Shown: positions 16,007-18,544 of the stretch, piece by piece
Layout of the letters: each line of letters starts with the position of its first letter
How positions within the stretch are numbered: position 1 is the first letter of the stretch
Assembly (NCBI GenBank): GCA_038870455.1
Contig: JAWCPB010000023.1
Coordinates: forward strand, 1 to 18,544
DNA length: 18,544 nt
Direction of reading: 5' to 3'
From: Candidatus Micrarchaeia archaeon
Lineage (GTDB): Archaea; Micrarchaeota; Micrarchaeia; Burarchaeales; JACRGF01
Program-made: the position numbers and the translations under genes
The notes under the pieces: generated by a model
Database searches by the model: none
Told to the model about the DNA's origin: nothing
The model's input: the letters and a program-made list of their open reading frames with translations, nothing else

Positions 16007-16489
16007 ATGTTTAAGTATTTCCAGCGCCCAAAAAACAGCGTGGCGTCCAGAAGAAAAAAGCGGGGAAAAAACAGGTCCGTATGGCTCGAGTTCGCGATGG
16101 TGGCGACTGCCTTTACGGGCATACTCGTGCTGGTAGCTGAGACAGTCCTGCCGAACATTCCTGGGAAGGACGCGGTCGAGCAGCTGGACCTGGTCGCTGT
16201 GGCGATCCTGGCCGTGCTGCTCTTCCTCGAGTTCTCGCGCGCCGAGAGCAAGAGGCTCTTCCTGAAAAGGTATTGGCTCGATGTTGTGGTCATCATCCCC
16301 TTCATGGCCGCGCTGCGGCTGCTGAGAGGACTGCGCGCCGAGGTGCTGCTGGGCAGGGGCCTGGCGCGCGTGCTCATCGGATTCGTCGAGCCGGGCGTGC
16401 TGGTGCTCGAGAGGGCGAGGAAGGCGGTGGGCTCGGCGATGAGCTTGAAGACCGTGGTTGATATAGCGAAAAGAATGCTGGGGCTCTAG
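16007..16489 (+). CDS. Second stand-alone voltage-sensor-like (S1-S4) membrane protein, no pore domain
   Basis: S2 LDLVAVAILAVLLFLEF, linker AESKRLFLKRYWLD, S3 DVVVIIPF, S4 LRLLRGLR; no pore. The start may instead be GTG 16040 (TTTAAGTA at 16010-16017). Confidence 0.75.
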   Translation: MFKYFQRPKNSVASRRKKRGKNRSVWLEFAMVATAFTGILVLVAETVLPNIPGKDAVEQLDLVAVAILAVLLFLEFSRAESKRLFLKRYWLDVVVIIPFMAALRLLRGLRAEVLLGRGLARVLIGFVEPGVLVLERARKAVGSAMSLKTVVDIAKRMLGL

Positions 16490-16490
16490 C

Positions 16491-16769
16491 ATGAAGAAAA
16501 CGAAAACAAGAATTTCTCTTGAAAAAGAAGCGGAGTTTGAGATGGAGAAGGATTTGGTTTTCTTCCTGAACGCGAGCGAGAGGCACGCCTACCTGACAAT
16601 CATTCTGGTGGTGCTGTTCCTCGCGATTGCGCTGCCGAGGCTCGAGTGGCCGAGGGACGTGCTTGGATGGGTTGCGTACGCGCTCGTGGCGATCATCCTG
16701 CTCGCGGCTGTTGCAAACGCGGCTTTGACGCTGAAGGAAAAGGGCAGGTTAAGCGAAAAAGGAAAATGA
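16491..16769 (+). CDS. Small two-TM membrane protein (92 aa)
   Basis: ATG 1 nt after the upstream stop; two hydrophobic helices (YLTIILVVLFLAIAL; VLGWVAYALVAIILLAAVANAAL) with charged termini. Confidence 0.7.
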   Translation: MKKTKTRISLEKEAEFEMEKDLVFFLNASERHAYLTIILVVLFLAIALPRLEWPRDVLGWVAYALVAIILLAAVANAALTLKEKGRLSEKGK

Positions 16770-16802
16770 AGTGATTAAAAAGCCTGCGCGAAAAGCGTTA
16801 GC

Positions 16803-17684
16803 GTGCGCGGGGGAAAGAAAGCCGCCGAGCCCACAGAGGCGCTATTGGCGGAGGGCGGCTGGGAAAAAGGCGTGAGGCTCGCCGGCTTCGTTGTATTCAT
16901 TGCGGCTCTCGTTGTCATTGCATTCTATGCGGCCTCGGCCATCTCGCCCAAGCCAAAAATCGCGCTCATCACCATCAACACGCCCCTCGAGGAGCCCTGG
17001 ACAGGCGAGATAATAAAAATGCTGAGGTGGGCGAAGGAAAGAAGGGAGGTCGCGGGTGTTGTGCTGCGCGTGAATTCCCCCGGCGGAAGCGTGGGAGGCA
17101 GCGAAGAGCTTTACATGGAAATAGCGAGGCTGAGGCTGGCCAAGCCTGTTGTCGTGTCCATAGAGGACTTGGGTGCGAGCGGGGCTTATTACGCGAGCGT
17201 GGGAAGCAACTGGATTTACGCCAAGCCCTCCTCGCTCGTGGGAAGCATCGGCGTTGTCGCGATACTGCCGAGCGAAAAAGAGACGAGAGAGTTTTTTGAA
17301 GAAAACACTGTCATCGACACGGGCCCGAGGAAAACCGTTGAGGTGGAGCAGGAGCTCATGACCCAGATGCAGGCCATGCTGGGAAACTTCCTCGGCACGG
17401 TGGAGGCGGAGAGGGGGGCGAAACTCAAGGCGACGAGGGAGGAGCTCGGCGAGGGGAGGATTTACATCGGCAGCGAGGGGGTTGCACTGGGGCTCGTTGA
17501 TGAAATCGGCTCGCTCGAGGATGCTGTAAATAAAGCGGCGGGGCTGGCGGGCGCGAGAGAGTATGAAGTGGTGGACGTGAACGAAGAGCTGAGGGCAGGC
17601 TCTGAAACGATAGTAATCTTCGGCGCGAACAAGAGCATTCCGCCCGGCTATTACTACGTTTATATTCACGGGGAGAGGCGATGA
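16803..17684 (+). CDS. sppA: S49 family peptidase (SppA-like, single domain, N-terminal TM)
   Basis: VVLRVNSPGGSV, KPVVVS, GASGAYY, IYAKPSSLVGSIGV, GRIYIGSEGVALGLVDEIG; TATA-like ATTAAAAA ~25-29 nt upstream of the GTG. Confidence 0.9.
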   Translation: MRGGKKAAEPTEALLAEGGWEKGVRLAGFVVFIAALVVIAFYAASAISPKPKIALITINTPLEEPWTGEIIKMLRWAKERREVAGVVLRVNSPGGSVGGSEELYMEIARLRLAKPVVVSIEDLGASGAYYASVGSNWIYAKPSSLVGSIGVVAILPSEKETREFFEENTVIDTGPRKTVEVEQELMTQMQAMLGNFLGTVEAERGAKLKATREELGEGRIYIGSEGVALGLVDEIGSLEDAVNKAAGLAGAREYEVVDVNEELRAGSETIVIFGANKSIPPGYYYVYIHGERR

Positions 17685-18544
17685 GGGGCAAAACGATTGC
17701 GCTTGCCGTTGCTTTCATTCTCCTGATTGTCGCAGCATGGAGAGTTTATTTCCAGCCGGGCGCATACGCGCCTCCGGGCGGGGTGGCTTTCAACCTTTCT
17801 GTTCCCAGCTATGTGGTGGGCGTGTCGCTCTCTGCTGAACAGGGGATGGCGCAGGGAGTGCTGGTAGTCGATGCCTTTCACGCGGCGAAACCCGTTGATG
17901 CCGGCGAGCTGACCGCGAGGGTGTCCGCGCTCGGCTATTCAGTTGATTACGCGCTTGAGGAGGGTGAGCTGGAGGAAAAACTGCGGGAAGCGGACGCGCT
18001 TCTGCTGATTCTGCCGAGCGGGCTGAGCAAGGAGGAAATGAGCGGAATAGAGAAGTTTGCCGCGAGCGGTGGCAGGATTCTCCTGCTCGCCGACCCTGAT
18101 GTGGCCAGCGAGGCGGGCGCGGTTGCAGCGCGCCTTGGAATTGGCTTTGGGAGCGGATATGCGTATAACCTGCGGAATAATGCGGGCAACTACAAGTACG
18201 TGCTGGCCACTAGGTTTGCCGCTGTCAGCGAGCTCGGGAAAGGAGTTGGGGTCGCCGCCTTCTACACCGCTTGCCCAGTCCAAGGGGATGTGGTTGCGTT
18301 CGCGCAGGAAGGCACGCGGGTGTTCCCTTCTCCAAACATGGGGGAGGTGGGCTTGGTTGCAGAAGGAAAAAATGCCGCTTTAATCTGCGATGCGCATTTC
18401 CTCCAGCCCCCCTACGCCTTTGCGTACGACAACCAGGCGCTCATACAGAACCTCGCCCGCTTTCTGACCGGCGGAAAGCGCGTGCTCGGGCTGGCCGATT
18501 TTCCCGCTGTTGTGAGCAGGGACACGACAATCTTTTATGCCAAC
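17681..18544 (+). CDS. Membrane-anchored DUF4350/GldG(GIFT)-like protein, 3'-truncated (absent from the ORF track)
   Basis: ATG overlaps the sppA stop (ATGA). Hand translation MRGKTIALAVAFILLIVAAW...VLVVDAFH...ADALLLILPSGLSKEEMSGIEKFAASGGRILLLADP...ICDAHFL...DNQALIQNLARFL stays open to the window end. Confidence 0.75.
   Translation, partial: MRGKTIALAVAFILLIVAAWRVYFQPGAYAPPGGVAFNLSVPSYVVGVSLSAEQGMAQGVLVVDAFHAAKPVDAGELTARVSALGYSVDYALEEGELEEKLREADALLLILPSGLSKEEMSGIEKFAASGGRILLLADPDVASEAGAVAARLGIGFGSGYAYNLRNNAGNYKYVLATRFAAVSELGKGVGVAAFYTACPVQGDVVAFAQEGTRVFPSPNMGEVGLVAEGKNAALICDAHFLQPPYAFAYDNQALIQNLARFLTGGKRVLGLADFPAVVSRDTTIFYAN

Noticed and set aside
1-18544. CRISPR array, tRNA/rRNA genes, transposases, defence or viral genes
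   Set aside because: No repeat-spacer periodicity, intergenic gaps are short and accounted for by promoters or terminators, and no such protein motifs were recognised.

Overview
An 18.5-kb, GC-rich, densely coded archaeal chromosome segment. Archaeal origin is supported by RadA, a SAMP/TtuB-type sulfur carrier with NcsA/TtuA, a Thg1-like protein, and TATA-type promoters with many apparently leaderless genes; a DPANN/Micrarchaeota-like host is only my inference. Gene order: 5'-truncated large membrane-anchored surface protein, Zn-ribbon hypothetical, unannotated 28-aa poly-Glu ORF, small hypothetical, enolase, SAMP-ncsA-metallophosphoesterase operon, class II ribonucleotide reductase with a 399-aa LAGLIDADG intein, acylphosphatase, small ORF, RidA, DUF763, Thg1-like, HAD phosphatase, pore-less voltage-sensor protein, RadA, Cys-rich lipoprotein-like protein, second pore-less voltage-sensor protein, small membrane protein, S49/SppA peptidase, and a 3'-truncated DUF4350/GIFT-like protein. 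The most striking observation is a shared non-coding element (24/29 identical, with an exact TTCCGGTGAA core) at the same position upstream of the putative TATA boxes of radA and the DUF763 gene. This suggests a DNA-damage regulon that includes the uncharacterised DUF763 protein. All calls are by eye, with no database searches. No rRNA, tRNA, CRISPR array or transposase was seen.
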